IMG/VR virus record: IMGVR_UViG_3300032272_000067
Location: 1 to 25,165 of that record
Reading direction: 5' to 3' (one strand)
DNA length: 25,165 nucleotides
Origin: a virus
Lineage: Duplodnaviria; Caudoviricetes
The notes under the pieces were generated by a model, which had not been told where the DNA came from, made no database searches, and saw nothing but the letters and a program-made list of their open reading frames with translations. The translations under genes were made by a program, and so were the position numbers. Shown here one piece after another: positions 1 to 9,263 of this stretch. Each line of letters opens with the position of its first letter. The stretch's first letter is position 1.

Positions 1-2
1 GG

Positions 3-173
3 CAATCGGTCGCGAAGAAGCAAGTCGCGGGCGGGATCTTCGACATTTTCGACGGCTTCGAATTCAGCTTCGACGGTATGTTGACTTGGTTGCTTGAAAA
101 CTGGCAACTAGTTCTTCGAATTGCAATGGGCCTTTTGGTATTCCTTGACGCGGCAGAAAATAACCTTGACTAG
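3..173 (+). CDS. 3' end of a small hypothetical protein, probably membrane-associated (partial)
   Basis: Frame 3 is open from the window edge: QSVAKKQVAGGIFDIFDGFEFSFDGMLTWLLENWQLVLRIAMGLLVFLDAAENNLD*. Its TAG (171-173) overlaps the likely terminase TTG start. Not in the ORF track. Confidence 0.65.
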   Translation, partial: QSVAKKQVAGGIFDIFDGFEFSFDGMLTWLLENWQLVLRIAMGLLVFLDAAENNLD

Positions 174-1881
174 TATTCTCAACACTTCTTGTCTTAAAAT
201 CGCGGGCGATTGGAACGAATTGTTCTATTCGCACCGGTTCGAAGATACGTCTTTATGGGCGGAAGAATACCGAAGGATGCAAGGCGGCAAACCGTTTTCA
301 AATAGTCGGTTCCCATATGTTCGGCCGATCATGAATTCGAAGGCGGCGTTCAATTGGATAAAGAAGGCGGCCCAAACGGGCCTAAGCGAAGCGGCGATCA
401 CGATTTCGCTATACGCGGCGATTCGCGATTCGCTGAACGTCTTGTATTACTTCCCGACAAAGGCGAAGATGGATGAGTTTTCGGCGGCAAGGGTCGACGA
501 CGCGATCGTCTTGTCACCGTATATTCAAAGCCTAGTCACGACGAAGAATCGAAGTATGAAACGCTTCGGAACGTCGACGGTTTATATGCTTGGGGCGAAC
601 CTTGAAGGCAACGACTTGAAGTCGACTTCGGGGGCCCGCATGATCATGGACGAATTCGACGAATGGAGTAAGGAAGCGGTCGCCCTCGCACTTGAACGAA
701 TGTCGGGTCAAGTCGACATCGATACGCGGGTTTGGGGCTTTTCCACCCCAACACTTCCCGACGTCGGCGTCGACGAAAAGTTCAAGGAATCAACGCAAGA
801 ATCGTTCTTCTTCCCTTGCCCCCATTGTGTTGACCCTATCGCCCTTGAATGGGATCTTGAAGAAGAAACCGGGCGGCATTGTTTGGTTATGCCCAACAAC
901 AAGGCGGTCGGGGCATATTATCAATGCTGGCGATGCAAGGGCGAATTGCCTGACGATCAAAAGGCCGAATGGTTGGCGGGCGGCTTCTATGCGGGGGGCT
1001 TATGCAAAAACGGCAACCCGGTTGACGTCAGCGACACCCCGAACTTCAAACTGAACCGGGGCTTCTATGTTCCTCAGATGTATTCACCGGGCGTCACGTC
1101 GACACAATTCGCGGTCAAGTACCTTCGCGGGGCGGCGGGCGACCTTGCGGCCCTTCGTGAATTCTTCAATTCAGGGGTCGGTTCGCCATTCCTTGAAGGC
1201 AAGCACCGGGTCGAAGTCGCACACTTGAAACACGCGAAGTCGATCACCCCTTATTACTTGGCATCATGCAAGCCCAAGGGGGGCGACGTGATCACGTTGG
1301 GCGTCGATCAAGGCGGCCCGGTTCATCACTTCGTGGCCGTTCAATGGAAGTTCGACCTTGACCGATACGGCGACCCGAACGATCGGGCGATCGGTAAGGT
1401 CATCGGCTTGGGTCGAATCATGGCCGACGATTGGGATCGCGTTTACGGCCTCATGAGAGAATACCGGGTTCGGATGTGCGTCATTGACTACTTCCCCGAA
1501 CCCACGAACGCCAGAAAGTTCGCCCGACGCTTCCCCGAATTCGTCTACCTTTGCCAATACCCGAACGGGGTCACGGGCATTCGCGAAGTTAGGACAACTG
1601 AAGACGAATACGGGGCGAACTTGGCGAAGGTTGACAAGACGGCTTGGCTTTCGAAGTCATTAGGCCGGATCATAGCGGGCGACCTTATGCTTCCCACTGA
1701 CACCCCCGAAGAATTTGAAGAACACGTCAGGGCACCGATCCGAACAATGCACAAGGATAGGGTCAAAGCCGAATTCGTCATTGAAGCCCCTGATCACTAC
1801 GCCCACGCCCTGAACTATGCCGAAGTGGCACTGAAAATACTTGACCCCCCTTTACATCAAAGCAACGTCATCACAAGGTAA
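166..1881 (+). CDS. terL: Terminase large subunit, lambda GpA family
   Basis: GpA-type Walker A KKAAQTGLSE, Walker B MIMDEFDE, coupling motif FSTPT, CPHC...CWRC zinc ribbon, RNase H-like nuclease TLGVDQG / CVID / DHYAHALNY. Start placed at TTG 166, coupled to the upstream stop (ORF track starts at 121). Confidence 0.93.
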   Translation: MTSILNTSCLKIAGDWNELFYSHRFEDTSLWAEEYRRMQGGKPFSNSRFPYVRPIMNSKAAFNWIKKAAQTGLSEAAITISLYAAIRDSLNVLYYFPTKAKMDEFSAARVDDAIVLSPYIQSLVTTKNRSMKRFGTSTVYMLGANLEGNDLKSTSGARMIMDEFDEWSKEAVALALERMSGQVDIDTRVWGFSTPTLPDVGVDEKFKESTQESFFFPCPHCVDPIALEWDLEEETGRHCLVMPNNKAVGAYYQCWRCKGELPDDQKAEWLAGGFYAGGLCKNGNPVDVSDTPNFKLNRGFYVPQMYSPGVTSTQFAVKYLRGAAGDLAALREFFNSGVGSPFLEGKHRVEVAHLKHAKSITPYYLASCKPKGGDVITLGVDQGGPVHHFVAVQWKFDLDRYGDPNDRAIGKVIGLGRIMADDWDRVYGLMREYRVRMCVIDYFPEPTNARKFARRFPEFVYLCQYPNGVTGIREVRTTEDEYGANLAKVDKTAWLSKSLGRIIAGDLMLPTDTPEEFEEHVRAPIRTMHKDRVKAEFVIEAPDHYAHALNYAEVALKILDPPLHQSNVITR

Positions 1882-1887
1882 AACACT

Positions 1888-3594
1888 ATGCCAAGCGTCA
1901 GATACCTTCCCGCGATCAAATCTTGTATCAATCGCCACGTTCAGAACATCTTCGATCATTCCGACTTCATGAAGTGGCGTTATTGCTACGAAGGCGGCAC
2001 CGATTTCATCACCGAATATCTTGAACGATATGTCGGGTCGACGGGTCAAGAAGGTCAAGCGGCCTTCAATCGTCGCGAAAAGTTGACACCGGTTCCGTCA
2101 TTCGCGAAGAAAGAAATCAACGCGGTCAAGAATTCAATTTCGCGGCGACTTGGCGACGTCGACCGGCCGGGCGGTTCCGACAAGTTCCAAGACGCGATCG
2201 CGGGCAATGGTCGCGGCGTCGACCTTCGCGGGTCGACAATGAACGCCTACCTCACGAAGAAGATCTTGCCAGAATTGCTACCGATGGGAAAGGTCGGCGT
2301 CTTGGTCGATGCCCCTGACGTTCAAGCGACATCGCGGGCACAAGTACCGAAAGACTTTCAACCGTACTTGAACCGATTCGTACGCGAAAACACCCTGATC
2401 GCCATTGAAGCCGACGCCGATTCGCCAAGTGATTGGGCCCACGTCTTGCTTGAATCACAAAAGCACGATTTCAACTTGTTGACGGGCAAGCAAGATTGCG
2501 TTCGGTCGTTTCGGTATTACTACCTTGACGAAGATCGCGGCAACTTGGTCACACTGGTCTTCTTGAACGAACAAGGCGACCCGATAGGCGGCAAGGAAAC
2601 GAACCTTGATTCGGTCCCCTTTGTTCAATTCGATATCGGTGGGTCACTTATGGCCGACGCTTGTTCGCATCAAATCACGCTTCTGAATATGATTTCGGCC
2701 GATTCGAATTACGCGATCGATTCAAACTTCCCCTTCTTGGTACGTCAACGCGGGGCGACCGAAATCGGCGAACACCTTGAAGGCGGCGAAGGCGGCGACA
2801 CGACGCGGGCGGGCACGAATTACGGCCTTTACTACGGCAAGGGAATGAACGCCCCCGGTTTCATTTCACCCCCACCCGAAGGGATGCTTGCGTCGCTTGA
2901 ACTTCGAAAGGAACTGAAAAACGAAATTCACGAACTAGTCACGGGAAGCTTGGCTGACTTGGGCGAAGAAGGTTCGGTCGAAGCGGGCCTGAACGCTATC
3001 GGCCTATGCCTTCAGGCGAGCGAATCGCGAATCTGGGATCATTGGGCGGCCTATGAAGACACCCGGCCCGAATCGCGAAAAGTCGCAACGATCAACTACC
3101 CCGATTCGTGGTCACTGAAGACCGACGAACAACGACTTGTCGAAGCCGAAAAGTTCATCAAGCTTGGCAACATCATGGTCGGCGAAACAAACAAGAAGGC
3201 CCTTGCGAAGAAGGCCGTCGGCATTATGCACCGGGGCACGGTTTCGACTTCGGAACTTAAAAAGATGGAAGCCGAAATTGACGCTTCGCCAATCGGCCTT
3301 GCCGACCCGGCCGTCATCATATCGGCGAAGAAAGAACAAATTCTTTGCACCGAAACGGCGGCGGCGGCACTTGGGGCGAAAGACCCGAAGAAAGAAGCTG
3401 AAGTTTGTGCAACGGAAGCGGCCGATCGGGCGGCCCAAATTGTCGCGGCACAATCCGACATCGCGGCGGCCGGGGCGGGCAACGACGACGGGCAAGTCGA
3501 CCCGAAGTCGAAAGACAACGAAAAGGAAGGCGGCGACGCTAACTTCACAAAACCGGGCGACGCTGGTCGGCCTTCAAATGAGGAAAACGAATAA
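1888..3594 (+). CDS. Portal protein (DUF4055/SPP1-like)
   Basis: 568 aa directly after terL. Motifs WRYCYEGG, GKVGVLVDAP, VPFV and an acidic low-complexity C-terminus are typical of phage portals. Confidence 0.82.
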   Translation: MPSVRYLPAIKSCINRHVQNIFDHSDFMKWRYCYEGGTDFITEYLERYVGSTGQEGQAAFNRREKLTPVPSFAKKEINAVKNSISRRLGDVDRPGGSDKFQDAIAGNGRGVDLRGSTMNAYLTKKILPELLPMGKVGVLVDAPDVQATSRAQVPKDFQPYLNRFVRENTLIAIEADADSPSDWAHVLLESQKHDFNLLTGKQDCVRSFRYYYLDEDRGNLVTLVFLNEQGDPIGGKETNLDSVPFVQFDIGGSLMADACSHQITLLNMISADSNYAIDSNFPFLVRQRGATEIGEHLEGGEGGDTTRAGTNYGLYYGKGMNAPGFISPPPEGMLASLELRKELKNEIHELVTGSLADLGEEGSVEAGLNAIGLCLQASESRIWDHWAAYEDTRPESRKVATINYPDSWSLKTDEQRLVEAEKFIKLGNIMVGETNKKALAKKAVGIMHRGTVSTSELKKMEAEIDASPIGLADPAVIISAKKEQILCTETAAAALGAKDPKKEAEVCATEAADRAAQIVAAQSDIAAAGAGNDDGQVDPKSKDNEKEGGDANFTKPGDAGRPSNEENE

Positions 3595-4481
3595 TGGCAG
3601 AATATTACCGATCACTTGACGACGCCGACGCGTACTTCGACGAACAACTTTTCGTTGCGGATTGGACCGGGGCAACCGATGCCGACAAAATCAAAGCGTT
3701 AACGGCGGCCGTCAGGGCACTTGATTCGCTTCGGTGGAAGGGCGACAAGGTTCCGGTATACGACGCACTTGAAGCCGACGCTTCGGCCACGATCGCGACC
3801 CTTGAAGCGGCCGACGCTACACAAGCGAAGGCTTGGCCCCGCGATGCCGACGACATGGTCAAGAACACGGCGTCGACCGTGGCAACCGTCCTTCAATGGA
3901 CCACGAACCCCACGGCGGGCAACTTCACCCTGACGATCGAAGTGAACCACAACGACGGCACGACTGATACCTTCACGACAGCAGCGATCGCATTTGACGC
4001 GGCGGCGGCAACCATCGAAACGGCGATCGACGTCGCGGCGACGGCGGCGTCGGTCACTGATTGGACGAACGGCGACATCGCGGTCGCGGGCGGCCCCCTG
4101 GACACGGCCGACGTCACTTTGACTTCAACGGGGTCGAATAACGTTCGGCCCGTGGTCGCAACCGACGCGACCTTCGACACCGACGGCGTCGCGGCTTCAC
4201 CCGGTTCTTCGGTTGTCGTCAGCGGGGAGGTTCCAGATCGCCTATTCTGGGCACAATGCGAAGAAGCGATCACCCTTCTTTCGGGCCGTGATCCAAAGCA
4301 AGAATTCGAAAACGCGGTCTTGACTTCCGACGGCGTCGGGTCGTCGCGGGCATCTTCCGATCGGGCCCAAATGCCCCCGGTTCACACACAACACTTCTTC
4401 ACGTCGGCCCGTGCTTGGGCATACTTAGCGAAGTTCCTTGACAACAAAGAAAGCGATTCTTTCCGATTTGAACGAAAATAA
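3594..4481 (+). CDS. Head-tail adaptor (DnaT_2-like phage protein) with an inserted Thr/Ala-rich beta module
   Basis: YxSLDDADAYF...W...KIKAL..A...LD.L.WKG...QAKAWPR and, after a ~125-aa insert, VPD.LFWAQCEEA match the recalled DnaT_2-like phage connector pattern. TAATG overlap with the portal stop. Confidence 0.72.
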   Translation: MAEYYRSLDDADAYFDEQLFVADWTGATDADKIKALTAAVRALDSLRWKGDKVPVYDALEADASATIATLEAADATQAKAWPRDADDMVKNTASTVATVLQWTTNPTAGNFTLTIEVNHNDGTTDTFTTAAIAFDAAAATIETAIDVAATAASVTDWTNGDIAVAGGPLDTADVTLTSTGSNNVRPVVATDATFDTDGVAASPGSSVVVSGEVPDRLFWAQCEEAITLLSGRDPKQEFENAVLTSDGVGSSRASSDRAQMPPVHTQHFFTSARAWAYLAKFLDNKESDSFRFERK

Positions 4482-4491
4482 CGGTTTTCCG

Positions 4492-4526
4492 TTGCGATTT
4501 AACCACGTTTTTTGATCTATTATAAT
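4492..4526 (+). promoter_or_regulatory. Putative promoter for the scaffold/capsid genes
   Basis: Perfect TATAAT at 4521-4526 in an AT-rich intergenic gap. The -35 is poor (TTTAAC at 17 bp spacing, TTGCGA at 23 bp). Confidence 0.45.
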
Positions 4527-4529
4527 AGA

Positions 4530-4638
4530 GGGGGCTATATCGCCCCTAACGGTTGTTCGGGGGCACCGGTCAAATTCCCCCCGGTTGGGTGGTTCGTTTT
4601 CGGCGGCGGCGAACCAAATACCCACAAAAGCCCCGGAA
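4530..4638 (+). other. Structured 5' leader upstream of the scaffold gene (hairpin plus three-way junction)
   Basis: Pairings GGGGC/GCCCC (4531-35/4542-46), TTCgGGGGC/GCCCCgGAA (4556-64/4630-38), ACCGG/CCGGT (4565-69/4581-85) and TGGGT-GGTTCG/CGAACC-ACCCA (4586-96/4610-24). Confidence 0.5.
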
Positions 4639-4655
4639 AAGATGAGGTTTTCACA

Positions 4656-5474
4656 ATGTCGGAATCAACACCTATCGAAACCAGCACCCCAGCGCAACCA
4701 GCACCAACACAACCAGCGGCACCGGCAAACCCGGCACCAGCCCAAACGATCACTTCGATCGATCAGATTCCGCAAACTTTGCGAAATCAACTTGAATCGC
4801 AGCATCGCAAGGGGCTTCAAGAACGGTTGGCACAAGCGGAAGCGAAAGCGGCGGGCCTTGACGGTCTTCGCCAACAATCCCAAACGTTGTTGGAGCAACT
4901 TAGCGACCGGGGCGTTCAATTCGAAGAAGGATCTGATTTTGGCGACGTCGCCCTTCAGTTGACGGGCACACTAGACAGCTTGAAGACCGAGAAAGAAAAG
5001 CTTGACGCTGCAAACAAAACGCAAGGCGAAGCCCTTTCGGTGGCACAAAAGCAAGCGGAAACTTTCAAAAGTCAATACGAAAACACCCTGATTAATCACG
5101 CGTCGATGCGGGAACTTGCAGGGAAAGTTGTCGAAGGGAAGGCGGGCGAACTGGTCGCGGCCGAATTGTCGAAGCTTGCGAAAGTGGGTGAAGACGGCAC
5201 GGTCGGGTATGAAATGGATATCACCGACGAAAACGGACATACGGCAAAACAAATGGTCGACGCCGCGACGGCGGTCGGTCAATTGGAAGCCAATGTCAAA
5301 GATTGGGGGTTCGCCTTCAAGAGTACGGTCAATGCGGGTTCGGGGGCAGGCGTCACCGATGGTATCCCGCGAAGCGGCGGGGGCCTTGACGTCACGAACA
5401 TGACGCAAGCCCAACACAACGAACTTATGAAAACCGAAGAAGGCCGGGCGGCCTTATACGCGGCGATCGGTTAG
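4656..5474 (+). CDS. Capsid scaffolding protein
   Basis: ATG 4656 follows GAGGT. Pro/Ala/Gln-rich N-terminus, long coiled-coil-like segment, GSGAG linker and short C-terminal helix (LDVTNMTQAQHNELMK). Lies immediately before the capsid gene. Confidence 0.78.
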   Translation: MSESTPIETSTPAQPAPTQPAAPANPAPAQTITSIDQIPQTLRNQLESQHRKGLQERLAQAEAKAAGLDGLRQQSQTLLEQLSDRGVQFEEGSDFGDVALQLTGTLDSLKTEKEKLDAANKTQGEALSVAQKQAETFKSQYENTLINHASMRELAGKVVEGKAGELVAAELSKLAKVGEDGTVGYEMDITDENGHTAKQMVDAATAVGQLEANVKDWGFAFKSTVNAGSGAGVTDGIPRSGGGLDVTNMTQAQHNELMKTEEGRAALYAAIG

Positions 5475-5521
5475 TTCCAAAAACTTTCAACCATCAAACT
5501 TTTCCGGAGCATTAAAACACT

Positions 5522-6907
5522 ATGCCAAACGACAACACAGCGGGCAAACCGCAATTCTGGGCACGCGAAGGTCTTCGAATCCTGATTCAAGAAACCCCGG
5601 TTCTTTCCTTCGTGAACCGACAGTTCAGCGACGAACTGGCGGTCGCGGGCGAACAAGTGAACGCCTATCGTGCTGACAAGCGAAAGACCCGTCGAAAAGA
5701 CGCTTCTGACGCCAACACAGAGGCACCCGCGAACTTGACAGCGGTTCCCGTTGTTCTTGATCAATACTTCTTCGATGCCTTCATTCTGAACGACGAAGAA
5801 GATGCCCTTTCCCTTCCCGAATTGACTCGCATCCATGCGAAGCCTGCAATCGATACAATCGTCACCGGTTGTTCACGGGCGATCTTGGGTCGTTGTCATG
5901 CTTTCCTTCGTCAAGGAAGCCCAAGCAAGCGGGCCGGTCGTCTCGATTCGATGACTTCCAGCAACGCGGCCGACTTCATCCTTGAAGCCGAAGAAGTCTT
6001 GACTGACAACAACGCGCCGGTTTCGGCAATGAAGGTGGCAATCGTTCACCACACCGCCAACACCAAATTGATGCGAAGCGATACGTTCGAACGTGCTGAC
6101 GCACGATTGGCCGACGGTTCGGTTATGACTGGTCGCGTAGGCAAAGTCTACAACACGACCGTCATCATGTCCCAAGATGTCAACCACGCGATCACCGCGA
6201 ACCTTGACACCGAAGACAAGGCGATCAACTTGACAGCGGGTTACGCGGCCGGTTCAACGGCGGCGATGACAACTGACGGCGGCGGAACGGCCTACACGGT
6301 TGGCGAATACGTTGTCGTTGCTGGCAACGATCAGCCGACTTTCGCAACGGCCGCAACTTCCACGACTTCGGTCACACTGAACGAAGCCCTGAAGTATGCC
6401 GTTGTCGACGACGCGGTCGTCAAACACTATCAGGCGGGTGCGAACGAAGCGACCGCTAGGGCGATCGGGTACAAGAAGGAAATGGTGATCACTCACAATA
6501 CCGACAAGTACATCCAAGAAGGTCAACTGATCAGCTTCGGCACGGGTGCGACACGTCACACCTACACCGTGATCGAAGTCGACACTGACGCCCAAACGTC
6601 AACCACGACCCCCGTATTGCTTGACCGTCCCCTTGACATCGCCGTCGGTTCGGCTGAAGCTTGCTTCCCAGGGCCGGGCGGGTCGATGAACATCGTCATG
6701 AACGAAAACGCAATCGCCTTCGTTTCGCGACCAATGAAAGCGAAGGCCGGTCGCGGGGTTGTTTCCGCAATCGCCAGCGAACACGGTCTTTCGATTCGCG
6801 TTCAAGAAGCCGACGAACTTTCGGCAAGCGGAACGCGATACGTCGTCGACTTGCTTGCGGGCGTCAGCGTTCTTGACGAAGACCTTCTTTGCGTAATGCT
6901 TGGCTAA
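5522..6907 (+). CDS. Major capsid protein (P22 coat/gp5-like, HK97 fold) with a large insertion
   Basis: N-terminus PQFWAREGLRIL...VNRQFSDELAVAGEQV, central G.VGKVYN and C-terminal ENAIAFVSRPM...GLSIRV...VDLLAGVSVLD are typical of this family. Followed by a terminator. Confidence 0.88.
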   Translation: MPNDNTAGKPQFWAREGLRILIQETPVLSFVNRQFSDELAVAGEQVNAYRADKRKTRRKDASDANTEAPANLTAVPVVLDQYFFDAFILNDEEDALSLPELTRIHAKPAIDTIVTGCSRAILGRCHAFLRQGSPSKRAGRLDSMTSSNAADFILEAEEVLTDNNAPVSAMKVAIVHHTANTKLMRSDTFERADARLADGSVMTGRVGKVYNTTVIMSQDVNHAITANLDTEDKAINLTAGYAAGSTAAMTTDGGGTAYTVGEYVVVAGNDQPTFATAATSTTSVTLNEALKYAVVDDAVVKHYQAGANEATARAIGYKKEMVITHNTDKYIQEGQLISFGTGATRHTYTVIEVDTDAQTSTTTPVLLDRPLDIAVGSAEACFPGPGGSMNIVMNENAIAFVSRPMKAKAGRGVVSAIASEHGLSIRVQEADELSASGTRYVVDLLAGVSVLDEDLLCVMLG

Positions 6908-6938
6908 GCTACACGCGGGAACGATTGGAGAACTTTTC

Positions 6939-6966
6939 GGGCCCGCCTTCGCGGGCGGGCCCTTTT
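6939..6966 (+). terminator. Rho-independent terminator after the capsid gene
   Basis: GGGCCCGCC-ttcgcg-GGCGGGCCC (9-bp stem) followed by TTTT. Confidence 0.8.
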
Positions 6967-6985
6967 CGGATCAGCGGGCGGCAAA

Positions 6986-7453
6986 ATGGCAATCAACGAG
7001 AAATGGGCGAAGTGGACGCATCTAAGTGTATCGAAGCACTTGATCGACCAAGCGGTCGCCGATTCAGAATTGATTGTCGTTGAATTCGCAAACCAAATCA
7101 CCCCTTCTTGGGAATCGGCGGCAACTCAGTTCGAAGCGACAATCGCAAACCTGAACTTCTTGGAACGATCGAAAGATTCGTACCTTTTGAGTGTCAGCGT
7201 TTTCGCGATCATTTCAAGCCTTCGAAACAACGGGGCCGAACATATCGAAGGGGTTGGGAAGTGTCAAAAGTGGTTGAATCAGTGCATTCGGGTTCTTGAC
7301 TACGGCGATACCGACACGGTTGAACTTTGTACGTTGAAGGTTATATCGGGCACCGATGGAACCCTTGACACTACGAACTTGAAGCCCGCACAAACCGATG
7401 ACCGACTTCATTCGACCATAGCGGTTAGCTACTCGGCACGTTTTAAAGCTTAA
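6986..7453 (+). CDS. Probable tail terminator/completion protein
   Basis: 155 aa, directly before the tail tube gene, with the alpha/beta pattern and terminal beta strand (STIAVSYSARF) expected for this role. Mainly positional. Confidence 0.5.
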   Translation: MAINEKWAKWTHLSVSKHLIDQAVADSELIVVEFANQITPSWESAATQFEATIANLNFLERSKDSYLLSVSVFAIISSLRNNGAEHIEGVGKCQKWLNQCIRVLDYGDTDTVELCTLKVISGTDGTLDTTNLKPAQTDDRLHSTIAVSYSARFKA

Positions 7454-7477
7454 ACTACTCACGCAAAAAGGTCTGTC

Positions 7478-8548
7478 ATGGCAGTACGCATAAAAGAGCT
7501 AAGGGATATGACTCTTTACTTTCAGGATGGATTCAGCGGCACGTCAGCAATTGACGACGCGGCTATCGCGGCACTTGACACCACACTAGGGGTCGACACA
7601 CATGCCCTTTTCGATGATCGAACTACGGTTCCCATCGGGGCACGATTCACCACGGCCGGAATCGCGACGGTTCGCACCGTCACGGCGGCACAATCTTCAG
7701 CGGTCTACACTCTTGACTTGACGGTTCCTTCGGCGGGAACGTTCGATATCACGGTCGACGGTCAAACTGAATCGGCGGTAGCATTCGATGTCGTCGACAC
7801 GGTTCTTCAAGCGGCCCTTGAAGCTTTGTCTTCGGTTGGCGTCGGGAACGTATCGGTTGTTGAAACGGCCGACGTTTACGTTATCACCTTCCAAGGCGAC
7901 CTAGCGAACACAGCGGTCACCTTGACGGTCGACGGTGCAAGCTTGACGGCCGCCGATTCGGAAACGCTTACGACGACCCAAGACGGCACGACGACTTACG
8001 AAGTCACCTTCACCCCGGCGATCGCTTCGGGTTCGGTTCCGGCCGACGATGCCGTGATCACTTGGTATCCGCGACGACTCGAATTCGAAGTCGAAACGGG
8101 TGATTTCGAATGGACCGAAGGGGCGAACCCCGTCATTCGGAAACCACGCGGCGTCATTGCTGGGCTTCGTCAGGGCGAGGATGTCGAAATGGAAGTCACG
8201 ACTTCCTTTTCGTTCTCTTGGCTACGGGCGGAATCAACCGCAACCGAAGGGTCGGTTGACGACAAAACCCCGTATGAAGTTCTCCATCAAGAAGGCTTCG
8301 CGGCCGATTGGGAACCTTCTAGTCACGGGTCGCCTTGTGAACCGTTCACGATCGATATCGTCATTGAAGACCGGCCGACTTGCGGTTCGGAACAAGCCGA
8401 AGTTTTCGTTTTCCCGCAATTCGCCTTCACCGAGATAGCACCGACTGTCAGTGGCGGCGTTGTGAACCTTTCGGGAATGTGCGTCGCGAAGAAGCCGATC
8501 ATCACGCGAACGGCAAACACTGACGACGCGGTCGGAATTATCTACTAG
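7478..8548 (+). CDS. Major tail tube protein with inserted beta module
   Basis: Acidic, Thr/Ala/Val-rich 356 aa. Tube-like strands (LEFEVETGDFEWTE, MEVTTSFSF, FVFPQFAFTEI, VNLSGMC). Lies upstream of the chaperone and is followed by a terminator-like hairpin. Confidence 0.7.
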   Translation: MAVRIKELRDMTLYFQDGFSGTSAIDDAAIAALDTTLGVDTHALFDDRTTVPIGARFTTAGIATVRTVTAAQSSAVYTLDLTVPSAGTFDITVDGQTESAVAFDVVDTVLQAALEALSSVGVGNVSVVETADVYVITFQGDLANTAVTLTVDGASLTAADSETLTTTQDGTTTYEVTFTPAIASGSVPADDAVITWYPRRLEFEVETGDFEWTEGANPVIRKPRGVIAGLRQGEDVEMEVTTSFSFSWLRAESTATEGSVDDKTPYEVLHQEGFAADWEPSSHGSPCEPFTIDIVIEDRPTCGSEQAEVFVFPQFAFTEIAPTVSGGVVNLSGMCVAKKPIITRTANTDDAVGIIY

Positions 8549-8559
8549 CGGATTCTTTC

Positions 8560-8612
8560 CCCCGACGGCCTTCGGCTGCGAATAAGCGGCGGGGCCGATC
8601 GGGGCTTTTCTT
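8560..8612 (+). terminator. Long interrupted hairpin/terminator after the tail tube gene
   Basis: CCCCGA-CGGCC...GCTGC-gaataa-GCGGC...GGCCG-a-TCGGGG followed by CTTTTCTT. Confidence 0.6.
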
Positions 8613-8639
8613 CCCCTTCCAGAGGCGACGTACAAATCA

Positions 8640-8894
8640 ATGATCACGGGACAAATCACAACGGCCGGGGCGGCTTTGCTCTTGTTTGACAATACGGCGG
8701 GGCACTATCGCAAGTTGACCGTCAAGGCGGCGGCGGCGAACGGCGGCGATATGGCGGTCGGCAACGCGAACGTCAACGCGACAAGCGGCTACATTCTGGA
8801 CGCGACCGAATCGGTCGAAATCGACATCAAGGGCACGAAGGCCGTTTACATCTTCGGGGCGGCTTCCCACACGGCGACATTTGTCGCGGTTTAA
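8640..8894 (+). CDS. Small beta-rich protein, probably virion-associated
   Basis: 84 aa with the A.N...(V)G...V....GY.L...ES pattern recalled from small phage structural proteins. Codon usage matches neighbours. Confidence 0.6.
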   Translation: MITGQITTAGAALLLFDNTAGHYRKLTVKAAAANGGDMAVGNANVNATSGYILDATESVEIDIKGTKAVYIFGAASHTATFVAV

Positions 8895-8896
8895 TC

Positions 8897-9262
8897 ATGC
8901 CCCAAACGATCGTACTATCTGTCGAAGAACTTGAAGAAACGGCCCATATCGGCCGGGTCGTCATGGTCACGGCGAACTTGACGATCACGGGCGGGGCGGT
9001 CTTCATATGCGACGCGACGGCGGGGGCGATCGCCCTGACGCTTCCGGCGGCCGGGGCCCTTGAAGACGTAACCGGAAAGGCCGACGGCCGTATCTTGATC
9101 ATCAAGAAAAAAGATTCGTCGGTCAACGCGATCACGGTCACGCGGGCGGGAAGCGACACAATCGACGGGGCGACAACTTACGTTCTTTCGGCACAATACG
9201 ATTCAGTTATGATCGTAGACGACAGCGACAACGATTCTTGGAACATAATCAGCACGGTCTAA
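8897..9262 (+). CDS. Small fibre/baseplate-type module protein
   Basis: DATAGAIALTLPAA...GRILIIKK.D...NAITV...GSDTIDG..YVL..QYDSV is a module recurrent in phage tail fibre/baseplate proteins. Confidence 0.65.
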   Translation: MPQTIVLSVEELEETAHIGRVVMVTANLTITGGAVFICDATAGAIALTLPAAGALEDVTGKADGRILIIKKKDSSVNAITVTRAGSDTIDGATTYVLSAQYDSVMIVDDSDNDSWNIISTV

Positions 9263-9263
9263 A

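Noticed and set aside
121-165. Terminase N-terminal extension from TTG 121
   Set aside because: It overlaps a plausible upstream gene ending at 173. TTG 166 gives a typical coupled start.
4512-4655. 48-aa N-terminal extension of the scaffold ORF
   Set aside because: It spans the TATAAT box and structured leader. ATG 4656 has an RBS and begins typical scaffold sequence.
166-6907. Inteins in terminase, portal or capsid
   Set aside because: No C/S...HN-C/S/T splice motifs or LAGLIDADG blocks seen, and lengths are explained without them.
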